Positions 29,922-40,916 of a DNA stretch of 64,000 bases are shown here, piece by piece. The notes below the pieces were generated by a model, which worked only from the letters and a program-made list of their open reading frames with translations, was not told where the DNA came from and made no database searches. Location of the stretch: positions 1 to 64,000 of the forward strand of contig LVLI01000409.1 of assembly GCA_001687465.1 (NCBI GenBank), in the 5' to 3' direction. Numbering within the stretch: position 1 is the stretch's first letter; the number at the start of each line of letters is the position of its first letter. The translations under genes were made by a program, and so were the position numbers. The stretch comes from Halocafeteria seosinensis (taxonomy: Eukaryota).

Positions 29922-30566
29922 TTAAGTAAACGCCAAGGCCATTCGTGGGAAGAAGCTGTTTGATTCCCCTGGCACGCAATTCACTCCTGAGGGCACTGCG
30001 AACATATAATCCGGGACCGACGAAAAGATGTCAGTAAGGTCCAAGTTGTCTAACATATCAATGGTAATCTCTCCACTATTGGGGGTTTCCCTCCAGAGAA
30101 TCTTTGTCCCAGGGATCATATACGCGTGGTCTTCTGAGTACGGCGGAGGCAGCGTCCCTTTCCACACTTCGGTCAGCATTCCCTTTACGATCTCTCGCCT
30201 CACATAGGAGTAGTTTTGGAAATTTTGCGGGCAAATGAAGGAACAGATACTTCCAAACATCTTCTTAGCATCATACATCGTGCAACCTTGCTCACTAATG
30301 AAGTAGCTCTTATTTTCTCGAAAATGAGCAATAATTTCCACCGTCGTCCCGTTTCCAAATACGATGGAAGCTTTTACTTTTTGTTTGTCATAGTCATAGA
30401 CACTATGAGATAAAGCATTGGATAGGGGAAATCCCTTCCCATACGACCAGTTTTCCGTCCAAAATAACCTTGCCGGGAGTGTCGGAGCGGCCTCAGAGCC
30501 CTGAAGGGTTGAGGACAGCAACAGCGCGGAGGACGCGGCCAAACCAAGCCACGTTTTCACGTTCAT
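29922..30566 (-). CDS. Secreted ependymin-related (EPDR-like) protein, intronless
   Basis: Signal peptide, then PTLP, YDYDKQK, Y...GC, Y..REIVKGMLTEVW and C-terminal P..MFAVP..C, matching the ependymin/LolA-fold pattern. Confidence 0.55.
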   Translation of the reverse strand: MNVKTWLGLAASSALLLSSTLQGSEAAPTLPARLFWTENWSYGKGFPLSNALSHSVYDYDKQKVKASIVFGNGTTVEIIAHFRENKSYFISEQGCTMYDAKKMFGSICSFICPQNFQNYSYVRREIVKGMLTEVWKGTLPPPYSEDHAYMIPGTKILWRETPNSGEITIDMLDNLDLTDIFSSVPDYMFAVPSGVNCVPGESNSFFPRMALAFT

Positions 30567-30716
30567 GCTGTGCACCGAGGCCGTCGTATATCCCCTAAAA
30601 GTGATGTCAAGTAAGAAAAATACTGCTGTTTCCCTTTTGCTGTACTTAAGCTTATTCTAATGAAGTTTTCCAACTGTTTAGCAACCCTGTTGTTCTTTCC
30701 TCTAGTACTACGGTTA

Positions 30717-31788
30717 GGCCGATGCTTACGGTTCAACAAAAACGAAAACGAAACTGGATTTTTTTTTGTTTTTTGTTGAAGCAGGCGTCACTACGTCTTA
30801 CGGTTCAGCAATTTTTCAAATTAGTTGAAGTAGCTCGGTTTGGAATTCACTTGGAGTATACGGCATCTTTGTCAACATAGAGTACTGTACAACCATGCGG
30901 ACAAAGTAGTACTGTTCAACAACACAATATCACAAAGGTATATTGTACTGAGAGACTATGGGAAACACTAGTAGCCGTTTGCCTTCGAGCAGCGGTGACG
31001 AGAGACCGACTTCCATCTATCAGTGTTACAAGAAACGTATAAATGGCAGCGGCTTTAAACTAGATAGTAGAATGGCATGGCAATACTACCAAAGAGAAGC
31101 AGAAGAGTCATCAGCACGTAACTCTAAGATGTTATGCTCCAATATTCCTCGCAATCATCTATTACTATCTACTCCATCTTCTAAGCATATGCTACCTATA
31201 TTTCTTTCTAGGTCTATTTTCTTCATACTCTTTCCTCTAGAGTAAAGAAGAGACAAAGCACTAAGAGCCGCTGTTCGCTGCAGCTCTTTGTGGAGCGAGG
31301 CGCTAATGGTACTCATTGTATAGCTGCAATTATTGATGTGTATTAGTATTACCCGTTCCATCAAGTTGATTCTACCAACTATACATGCGTATACACCTCT
31401 TTAATATAGTTTGAGCGCGACCAACTGGACCTTCACACCACAGGTACGCCCCCTTCGAGTCACCCTTCTTTAGACACCTGGTTCATTGACTTCAAATCGA
31501 ACTTGTACCGGAACACACACATGTATGGCTAGCAACATCTCTTATGCATGCGTATACACCAGAGACAGGCCTCGGGAAGGTACATTGATGGCGTACGAAC
31601 CATTTTCGTTTTCCCCTGATTTTCAACAAAATTCAAATCTTTTTTGTGGAAAATGCCGATTTTCGTGGAAAAAACGAAAAAAATAAATGTTTTGTGAACA
31701 AAAAATGTGCCGTAAGACGCCTGCTTCAACAAAAAACAAAAAAAAATCCAGTTTCGTTTTCGTTTTTGTTGAACCGTAAGCATCGGCC
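30717..31788. mobile_element. Non-autonomous DNA transposon (MITE-like, PIF/Harbinger type), 1072 bp
   Basis: Perfect 73-bp terminal inverted repeats (30717-30789 and 31716-31788) starting GGCCGATGCTTACGG, flanked by a TTA duplication (30714-30716 and 31789-31791). No transposase ORF. Confidence 0.9.
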
Positions 31789-32123
31789 TTATTAAACTAA
31801 GTAACTACTACCCTGGGAATCATGCGAAGCTACCATTGGTTATAGGATAGCGACTCGCTGTTAGCGAGGTAGACCTGATAGTCACCATGAGTATTCCGTA
31901 GAAGGAGTTACATTGATGTGCAGCTGGTTCGGGCATGGAAGTTAGACACAACTTGTACCAGTAATATAACTCAACCTCTGTGTGTGTTATACACTGTGTA
32001 TCATTTTTGCCAAGTCCATTGCTTGTGCTTCTGTTAACCAATACAATACGCAATACAAGTGTCCCGTTTTCCTTCCACAGCACTACTTTAATTTGCCCCA
32101 ACGCGACTATCCCGTTACAAGCT

Positions 32124-32570
32124 CTATTCTTCGTTTCCGTCTATTTTTCGTTTTGTTTCCCGTAATCTTCTGCAGATGCATACATCATACCGGTACTACC
32201 ATACCCTCTCCAAACACAGCACACAGTAGGGCACTTACTCAATATATTGGCACCTTTCATACGCGTGCATTTCATCCTGGCAATGCCATGGAAGATGTAA
32301 TCCAAATTTCTGTGAGTGTCTACATCTGTTTAAAGGGATTAATAAATGAGCGCAATAGTCTCGGACTGCTATAGGGACATGCTCTCTCTTCATGGCTTCC
32401 GGAGAGGCATGCATGGGGCGCTCTTCCTCAGAGCGATACACAATCCCTGTAGTAGAGACATAGAGGCACACATAAAATAAGACAGAAAACGTGAAAAAGG
32501 CCTCCTATACAGCAGACTGCAGTGTAGAGAGCTTACGCTTGGGGTGGTCCCGGCGTGGAAGATCAGACAT
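32124..32570 (-). CDS. NDUFB7: NADH dehydrogenase 1 beta subcomplex subunit 7, multi-exon; ends approximate
   Basis: Twin-Cx9C-like pattern in VPIAVRDYCAHLLIPLNRCR...PWHCQDEMHAYERCQY. Confidence 0.9.
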
Positions 32571-32686
32571 CTTGTTTTATGGATCGATAGTTTTCCCACA
32601 CTATTTGTTCTTGTTTGATCAGCACTATAAATATGATATATTTTCTGTAAATAAAGCAGTTATATCCTGACAACCCGACGTGAATC

Positions 32687-33943
32687 ATGCCGCCTAAACA
32701 CCAGCAGGGGAAAGGCAAACCCCGACAGAGTAAACAGGCTCAGAGGACAGCGCATAAACAGACGGCAGTACCGCAACAGCCCTCACAACAACAGATAAAT
32801 GACAGCGCAACATACCGTCAAGAGACAGAAGAGGAGGCAGGAGGGAAGACTTCCCTGAGCTGGAGGGAGCGCAAGGAGCAGCAACTAAGGAAAGAAAAGG
32901 ACCGTAACAAAGATGAGGAGGAGGATGAGGATGATGATGTGGATTTGTTGGGTCATGAAGACACTGAAGAGGAGGCTCGACGTACTGGTTCTTCTTCGTC
33001 ATCGTTCCCTCCTACGATCGTCAAACCGGGAGATGAGGTCACCGAGACGATTGCCAAATGGACAACCAAACTGAAATTGGGTACGTGTCACAGAGTCTAT
33101 CACTTGTGTTTGCAAGACAAAGCCATTGCACGGACACACACAATTGGTGTGCAGGTTTCGGGTTGCAATCCGACGGAGACACCATTACTGTCAGCACTCC
33201 GGGATTGCTGCGCTTACAAAAGCCAAACAAGTTTTACGTCGAATCGTCCCACCGCAGAGTATGTGGCGCACTAAAACTGTTGTCTAGCGTTTGACAGTGT
33301 CGTTATCTTTCTTTTTCTTGGGTACTATTGCAGTATTTCCCTGCCGTTGAAGATCCTATCATTGCAACGGTGTCAGACAAGACGGCTGAAGCATACAAGG
33401 TTCACATAAACGGGACTCAACCAGCTCTCCTACCTTTGCTTGCATTCGAAGGAGCTTCCAAGAGAAATAGACCGAATTTAGACATCGGATCTGTGGTGTA
33501 TGCCCGTGTTGTCGTTGCCGACAGATACATGGAACCCGAAATTTCTTGTAAAGGTATGCTTGCAACCATTGGACTCTCACAAATGTTGCAGGTGCTCATC
33601 ATTCATGCATTTCGAGTATTCGTCTGCAGTGGCAAGCGGTCCAACTAAGGATTGGGTGACAGGGCAATCTCTGTACGGAGAGCTTAAAGGAGGGCATGTG
33701 CAAAAGTGCTCCATAAATTTGGCAAGGACGTTGTTGAACCCTCGATGTCCAGTCCTTGAAACACTCGGGCGTGCTCTTCCATTTGAGTTGGCAGTTGGAG
33801 TAAATGGGTATTTCTGGGTGAAAGCGGAAAAGATCCAGCACGTCATACTGATTACCAATGCTATTTTACAAAGCGAATATGCGAGTGAAGCAGAGGCTGT
33901 AAAGCTTACGAAGGAGATGTTACGAAATGGCTCCACCAGTTGA
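32687..33943 (+). CDS. RRP40: Exosome subunit RRP40 with a charged N-terminal extension, multi-exon
   Basis: YFPAVEDPII, LAFEGASKRNRPNL, YGELKGG and FELAVGVNGYFWV. Confidence 0.92.
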
Positions 33944-34287
33944 ACCGGCTCAAGTGACCATCATGTCCTTCAACAAGGACGCTTGTGGAAGTGGGATAGT
34001 ACGCAAAAGTCGTCCTATATATGTACCCCTCCTTTAATCAGGGTGGAAACTCGTAATATTCTTCATGTGTATTTATCTTCTCTTGGGCTGAAGAAAGTCC
34101 CTACGGAAACTTAGTTAACCAGAAGATTGGCGACGGCGAAGAAGCACCGCAGTAGGGAAGCCAAGTCAAGAGACTTTCTGCGCGTGCTCACTGTATCTGG
34201 CAGGGTGTAATACATCAAGATCGCGGAGGCTCTGCTTACTCTGTAAGTAAGCCAATAAGTAACAACGAGAACTGTTACACACGGCAG

Positions 34288-34947
34288 TCACGCCTGTTTA
34301 TCAGCGAACTTGGCTCTGTGCACAGCAAATATAACAACAATCAAGGATTCTAAAGCACGTTGGACGTGTTCAAGCCTGCTTACTTGGCCACTCTTGTTAG
34401 CTGGTATAGTCCAGTTGCAGCCATGAAAACATTTACCGAGAATAAGTTCCAGTTCTTTGGCGTTATCACCATACTGTATCTGCTCCAAAGCAGTCCTGTC
34501 GCAGTCACAGCTGCATATGCATATCCAAAACGCGACGGAGGTAAAGCGTGGTTCTTGTCCTAGCAAACCATTCTGCCATGCATGCCTACCTGTTTGCTGA
34601 GGCATGGATATTTTCTCTGCCGGTCTATTTAGATCTGCGATATTCGCTATCTGGAGGGCAAGTAACATGAGAGGGCATTCTAAAAGCGTTTTTTTTGTGT
34701 GTGCATTCCATGGCGTTGGAAACTTACAGATATGCACCATTTAAAGCTTGGTGCCCAAAAATGTACTGCAGAGAGAAGCATAAATGACAGCGACAATGAC
34801 TCCACATACACGAGGTAAAGGATCAAACTTACTCGTAAAAGGCCCTGCCTCGTGTTCTAAATAGTACTTGAGGGTCTCATTCCTAGAGACCACCGGCAAT
34901 GAGGTGATCTTCTGCTGGAGTCGAGGGACGATGCCGCTGAACACCAT
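34288..34947 (-). CDS. MPC2: Mitochondrial pyruvate carrier (MPC2-like), multi-exon
   Basis: Spliced HEAGPFT-HFWAPSFKW-IANIADLNRPAEKIS-AVTATGLLWSRYSMVITPKNWNLFSVN. Confidence 0.88.
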
Positions 34948-35218
34948 CGTGCAGAAAATTGGGCAAACTTTAACAAGTGAGAGACTCAATCAGCCCATAC
35001 CCTAACAATACTATCGATTTGCATAACAATGATTCAAATGCTGCCTATAGGCTACAGCTGGACCATGTTGAATTTGGAGACCTTCGAGCGAGCCCTCAAT
35101 CGTGGCTACAAGGCCAGGAAGCGTGGATTGTCACGCCCTTATGGTCAGTCAAGAAATGAACGTGTAGTAGGAGATGAAAACACGCGCGGGAGTAATTCGT
35201 GTATAAGCCAAAGAGACG

Positions 35219-36097
35219 ATGGAACACGATACTGGCATGGAAGCGGAGGGTCCCGATCTGTCTATTGACAACCTAGCACCATTTGGAAGCGCTACTTCCC
35301 TGATGTCGTGTGCGCCACCTGGATGGAAGGTACTATGCTGTCAGACGAGTATCTCGCTGTGCTCGTCGTCGCTTGGCCGGAAAAACGACCGAGTGCATTG
35401 CCTACTAGGGCCATACTGGCCGATGCTGCTCCTTACTTTCTCCATTGCATTCTTCCCCGGATATTTTTTCTGTCGGTATTTCTACAGTTCGTCCTCCACG
35501 GAGTGGTCCCTGCTGGTGATTTCACTATGGTTATGTACGCTCATCAGCCTCAGCCTGACGGCGTTCCGTGATCCGGGCATAGTTCGTCGCGATGCCTCGG
35601 TCCAGCAGATGGTAGAGAAACACCATACAGAACATGGCGGCTCAGATGTACCACGGGAGAAAGACAATCACTATGTACATGTGATCCCAGTTCCACATTC
35701 TAAAGAAGACGAGGGCATACAATCCACGCGAAATTCCACAGTACTAGACGACATTCAGGCGGAACACAATCGGCTGTTGGGGAGAAAGCATAACGGAGGA
35801 AATCAGCGACCACCCATGCGCCGTTTTCGTTATTGCACAGTGTGTGATATGGAAAAACCTCCGAATGCAGAGCACTGTGAGACTATGGGTAGATGCATCT
35901 ATGATTATGATCACTTTTGCCCATGGGTAAACAACGCTGTTGGGAGGAACAATTCATTTTGGTTTTTTACCTTTCTATTTTCGCTCGCTGCGCTTCTAAT
36001 AGTAGCCGGTACGGGAGGCGTTTTAAGCCTCGGATCCTCCGTTCGGAAACTCAAAAGGTATAAAGTACTTCGTGGTTCAAGTGGCACCGGCGGATAA
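35219..36097 (+). CDS. DHHC-family palmitoyltransferase with a DHFC motif, intronless
   Basis: TM helices, DPG motif and cysteine-rich domain CTVC...HC...C...DHFCPWVNNAVGRNN. Confidence 0.9.
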   Translation: MEHDTGMEAEGPDLSIDNLAPFGSATSLMSCAPPGWKVLCCQTSISLCSSSLGRKNDRVHCLLGPYWPMLLLTFSIAFFPGYFFCRYFYSSSSTEWSLLVISLWLCTLISLSLTAFRDPGIVRRDASVQQMVEKHHTEHGGSDVPREKDNHYVHVIPVPHSKEDEGIQSTRNSTVLDDIQAEHNRLLGRKHNGGNQRPPMRRFRYCTVCDMEKPPNAEHCETMGRCIYDYDHFCPWVNNAVGRNNSFWFFTFLFSLAALLIVAGTGGVLSLGSSVRKLKRYKVLRGSSGTGG

Positions 36098-36668
36098 GTC
36101 TTTGTCGAATAACTCGCTGCAAAGCGGTCTCTCCTCGAGTATTTAGGACAAGACGATCTAATCTGGATTTGAATACTATGGAATGCGAATCGTATTACCG
36201 TAAACTCGTTAGAGTCAAGCCAGCAAATGCAACCGCTGATCACTGTTGCAACGCTGTTACAAGCCTCCGTGCATGCACACATCGCCATGTAACGTCGGTG
36301 GTAGAATTAGTGTTACCGGCACTGGAATGTGTAATTCTTACGACAGAACAGCCGGCACCGTCTGTATTTGGATGGATGAAGACGAAGAGATACGTTGAAG
36401 ATTGAATGAAGTCCGACGAACATTTCGCGTTGGTCGCTGGAAGCTCTGCCTGTGCGAGCTTCCCCAATACAATAGTGTGCTGTAAGCAATATGTTTGACA
36501 CGAAACAAAAGTGGATAATTATACCGCCACTTTCTACACGAGTGTGTTTGTTAGTTCTGACAACGGTATTTGCTTTTTAAGCTCTTGTTCACCGTACTAT
36601 GTATAGTTTGCGCTTCCACGAGAGGACGAGGAAAGGCCATTTACAGTAGGAAGAAGCGATATCATAAA

Positions 36669-37921
36669 ATGGACAATAGTACAGCTGAATCCAAGGGTGG
36701 CACTCCCAAGAAGAAGCAGCCCGCCTCTTCTTCGTCGCATAAAAAGAAAAAAGCCTCCAATGGCAATGACAATGGATCGACACCCAGGCAGTCGAAGAAA
36801 AAGACCACTCCAAAACAGAAACAAGCTCAATCAGACCCCACTTCCTCCCCCAAGGGAGGAGGAGGCAAATCTAAAGCGTCTGCGTCTTCCACACAAGCTG
36901 CACAAGCACCACCTGCACCTTCCTCCTCTGGCAAGAACGGGAATAAACAGCGTCAGACTCAGGAGACCATCCACTTGGATGGAGAGGCTGCCCAGAATAT
37001 AAACTACGCAGTTCTTAGGCGTCTGGAACCGACTTTGCAAGAAATTATAACACAAGCCAGTCACGTGGTCATATACGTGTACCAAGATGAGAAAGGCACT
37101 TGGGTACGTAGTCGATTGACCAAATCTGTATGGCTGTCTCGGGGGAGGTTATTTTTGTCGTCTTTGCGGTGCAGGAACGCAAGCATGTCGAAGGAGCAGC
37201 TTTTATATTTAAAAGGTGGGCAGGGAACACTGTAATTAAGCGCTGTATGCTTGATTGTTAGAATACCCCGTTCATGTTGTCACACAGGCAAACGGAGCCC
37301 CAATACCGATTCTTGGTTACTAACCGATTGAACACTACTAATTTTATCCAGGACATTACTCCCTCTCTGACACATCAAGCCCAAGCACCATACCTCTTTT
37401 TCAAAGACCGCTCTGTAGGTACGACTCACGGAGTTTGGTTTTATGATGAAGGAGAAATGCAGCTGGCTCTGAAGACCATCAAGGAACTGCCGCGATCGAA
37501 TGATTCCGAAGTTCAGTCTCCACCTAACAAGGCTCCCGTAGAAGAGTCGAGGGCATCAGAAGAAGAGTCTAGAGGGACGACAAATAAAGCAGGGGCAAAT
37601 TTGCTTTCTCTTATCACAGGGTCTGCGCCTGGAGCCGGGAGGTCTAAAGCCTCCAGTGGCGTTGCTGATGGTGAGGATACTGGGGAAGCAACCTGTCAGC
37701 CTCGACGAGCTCTGAAGGGCGCATTCGAGGAAACTGGATTCAATGGAGGCTCGCCACCACAGTCTTCGTCTGCTACTGACGGAGAAGCTGGCGGTGCCAC
37801 AGCAATCGGCGAAGAGGAACGTATGAGGTTTCGCCGCGTTTTCAAGGAAATGTTAGAAGATGATTCTTTCATGGATATGTTGATTCGAAAATTTGATCAA
37901 GTCTCACAACATACAAAATAA
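36669..37921 (+). CDS. DCP1: mRNA-decapping subunit DCP1 (EVH1 domain) with a K/S-rich N-terminal extension
   Basis: INYAVLRRLEP..EII..ASHVVIY...W-ERKHVEGAAF...PQYRFLVTNRLNTTNF...GVWFYD. Confidence 0.88.
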
Positions 37922-37961
37922 TACATATGCTGTGTATGGTGCGTAACTCTGTAGTGGGCAG

Positions 37962-40299
37962 TTAGTAATCCAGGGGTGCCTGAGGCACCTTTCCAGGATG
38001 GTCAGTGCAGAAGAGAAGTGCAGCCACTGATATGATTCCCTGAAGATTGGAAAAGAGTGCTATCGATTGAGTGTTCCAGTGTTCATGAAATGAACTGAAG
38101 AGGGTCTAAGAAGTACTTACAGCGGAGACCATGAGACCTATCTGAAACTGCCACATTGCTCTCATATTCGTTCCCATGGCGTCATCGCAGAGTGTGTTCT
38201 GTATGAAATTGAATTCAGTGGTAAAATTGAACCTTGGTGAAATGATGATCGATCCCTTACCAAAGCGTGGAACGATGGCTCTGCGTACTCAGCGCAGCGA
38301 GTACTATTGGGCAAAGGAGAGAGTAGAGTATAAACACGTCCCGTCTGTGATCCCAAGTACAAATGATACGGAAACTACAGTAATCCTTCATGAATAATTT
38401 TCAGCACCCACGTTTCTCGTCATCCGTGACAGGTCTTTGGTTATTTTGCTCAGAAGATCTCTTACGGTCTGTAATTCTGCCGCCGTATACCCGGAAGTGC
38501 TTCCACTGTCGTCGAGTTCGGACTCGATATTCTCTTTAGAAACGTTAAAACTGCTATCGATTCTAAGGATGCTTTCTTGCATGTCATTGGTTAGATTGAC
38601 AGCAGAACGGATTTCTCCAGGTAGGCCAACGAGATCCATGCCAGGTTCCGCAGGGCATCGAGAATAGTATTCAATTGTGAGTTTCAAGTGCGGATTAGTT
38701 GTCATCCGTTGGGCAGCTGCATGTGGGACAATTGAGTTATTGAGGACACGCAAGCTCAAGCCTGCAGAAGTATCTTCTTACTCTTGAACGGCTCCTGGCA
38801 AAAGTCGGCAGTGGCAATTAACATTGCCAGCATGATAGCAGCGAATAGCCATATGAAAAAGAGCCAAATCAAGTTTAAAGTCCCCGTAGCTGCACGCTTT
38901 ATACTGCCTCGTGACTAGGTTGGGTAATTTCAGCTTGTCAACCAACAACATACCCTTGAAAACGGTCTTGCATATCCCCATGGGCAGCAAAGAAACCACG
39001 AGCAAGACAACAACAGCTACAAGAACTGCAGCATATCCAAAACTGAACTCCTCAATCATGTCAATGGCATCATCACCGTTATCTATTGCGTCGTTTGTAG
39101 GTTCCAGTATCTTTTCTTGCAAAGTGATCACAATCTCTTTGGTCCTTAAAGTAACTTTCATAGAATTGATTTGTGACTTACATCTATTGTGCTGCTTGCT
39201 CCGTCGCGAAGTTCCCCAAGCAGCTGTTGTACGGGGATGCCAAAGTCTAAACGAATTCCTTGGAACGCGTTATCTCTTAGAGGTTCAGTCTCGGAAGTCT
39301 CATTTCGTACAAAACTGTGCTCATGAACAGTCAATTATATGAGTTCCATTTCCGTAAACCAACCAAACTCCAAAGACACTCACTCGGTGTCAGCTAGATT
39401 TAGCATCGCAGTCGAGCTTGAGCCAACATCTTCTCTCAGTCCTCCTTGCAGCAGTCGGGCTTCACCAAGACTCTCATGGACTATTTTTGTGAGCGCATTG
39501 ACCTCTGTTGTGAGCACAATAAAGTGAGTGCTATTATTTCTCAAACTTCGTAAGTCAATTGTTTCAGCTCTCACATCTACTTACCCTTGACTGAGTCCAT
39601 TGTGGAACGCAAATTTGTCCCAAGGCTTTCAGTAAAACCTAGAGTTAGTGCGGCCAAAATACAGTAGAGAACACTGCAAACAGTCGCCCAAGTAGAGCTA
39701 TAGGTCGGTACAATGATTTAGGGGAAAATGCATAAGAATGCTACACACCCAAACAGCCAGATGACGAGAAGACCTCTTCGGCTATAATGAGAACCTTTGG
39801 GTAGACACGGACACCGACAACGCTTGCAGCAACCCTTTTTCTCCTGAAGCTTGTCAAAGTCGGGATCCCCTTCAAATCCCGAATATTGCTTTCTCGCATG
39901 ACAGCACAGACAATGTGAGCAGCAACAAGAGCAGCAAGTCCTGGAGAAACAAAAAATGGAGAGCATGTATGCGGGTCAACAAGTTTAACTATGCAGGTAA
40001 TCCGAGCCTTACCAAAGGAAGATTACGATCCACAACAAGATGCCAACAATAAGTATTATAGCTGCAGGAAAAGCAATTCCCTCCGCTGCAAAAGCAATAG
40101 CTTGACGAAAATACAGTATGGCGCGCATTTAAATGAAGGGAATCTCGGCCAGGCACGTACCATAAGTCATCTGATCATCACCGGAAACAGCGGCAAAATC
40201 CGTGCCTGGTGTGTCCCCTCCAGTGATGGATTGACGTTCGATATCATGAAAGAAGTCTAGAGAGGATGGTGCCTCAAATGTACAGTCTTTGCACTCCAT
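37962..40299 (-). CDS. Tweety/prominin-like multipass membrane protein, many exons
   Basis: Spliced model from MECKDCTFEAPSSLDFFH with several TM helices, a Cys-rich loop and ADFCQEP, YYSRC and LCDD motifs, ending ...APLDY* at 37962. Confidence 0.6.
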
Positions 40300-40916
40300 C
40301 CTTGCTTATCTGCCGTGCGTTATCCCGCTAGGCAGCACACTGGCCACATTACTCTCCGAGAGAGGCCACCGATCGATACGAGAGGCGTAACAAGAGATGG
40401 AGACTCAGTAAACTCTCTGTGACAGTATAAAGACAACCCTGAAAAGGTAGTACGACAACAACAAGGGGAAAAGGTAGTACTGGCTCCGGAAACCGGTGCC
40501 CCAGTATCCGTTATTGCCGTTGAAGGCAACTTGAAGCACGGTGGACCATTGGTGGAGCCAGTTTGTTCTCCAATAGTTCTCCGATAGTGTTCTGATGATT
40601 TCGTACGTTTATTTTACATATTGCATGAGCTAAGAAGACACAGCATTATAGAACATGATGGAGCAGAAATTATCTTGGGACTGCAGAAATTCTGAGTGCA
40701 GAAGTTTCCAGTCCAAGTCGTAACTTCGGACCCAAGCGGCGAAAATTGATGAGCGTCAGCCTCGTGCAATGCAACCGACTGCCAACAGTGTCATTTCAGT
40801 TGATTCCCACGTTGTACAGTGATCCATCTCTCCGAGTCCTTGCGCGTTTCTGCAAAAGCTTCGACGACAACATGAATTATCAAGTAACCGCTACTGGTTG
40901 TACTCCATTCGAACCA

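Noticed and set aside
30958..31364. ORFs inside the TIR element as a transposase
   Set aside because: They are too short and show no DDE or Myb/SANT-like motifs.
37975..37989. Hairpin GGTGCC-TGA-GGCACC after the DCP1 stop, resembling the histone stem-loop
   Set aside because: The stem and loop differ, the AAAC/ACC flanks are missing, and it lies in the last coding exon of the opposite-strand Tweety-like gene.
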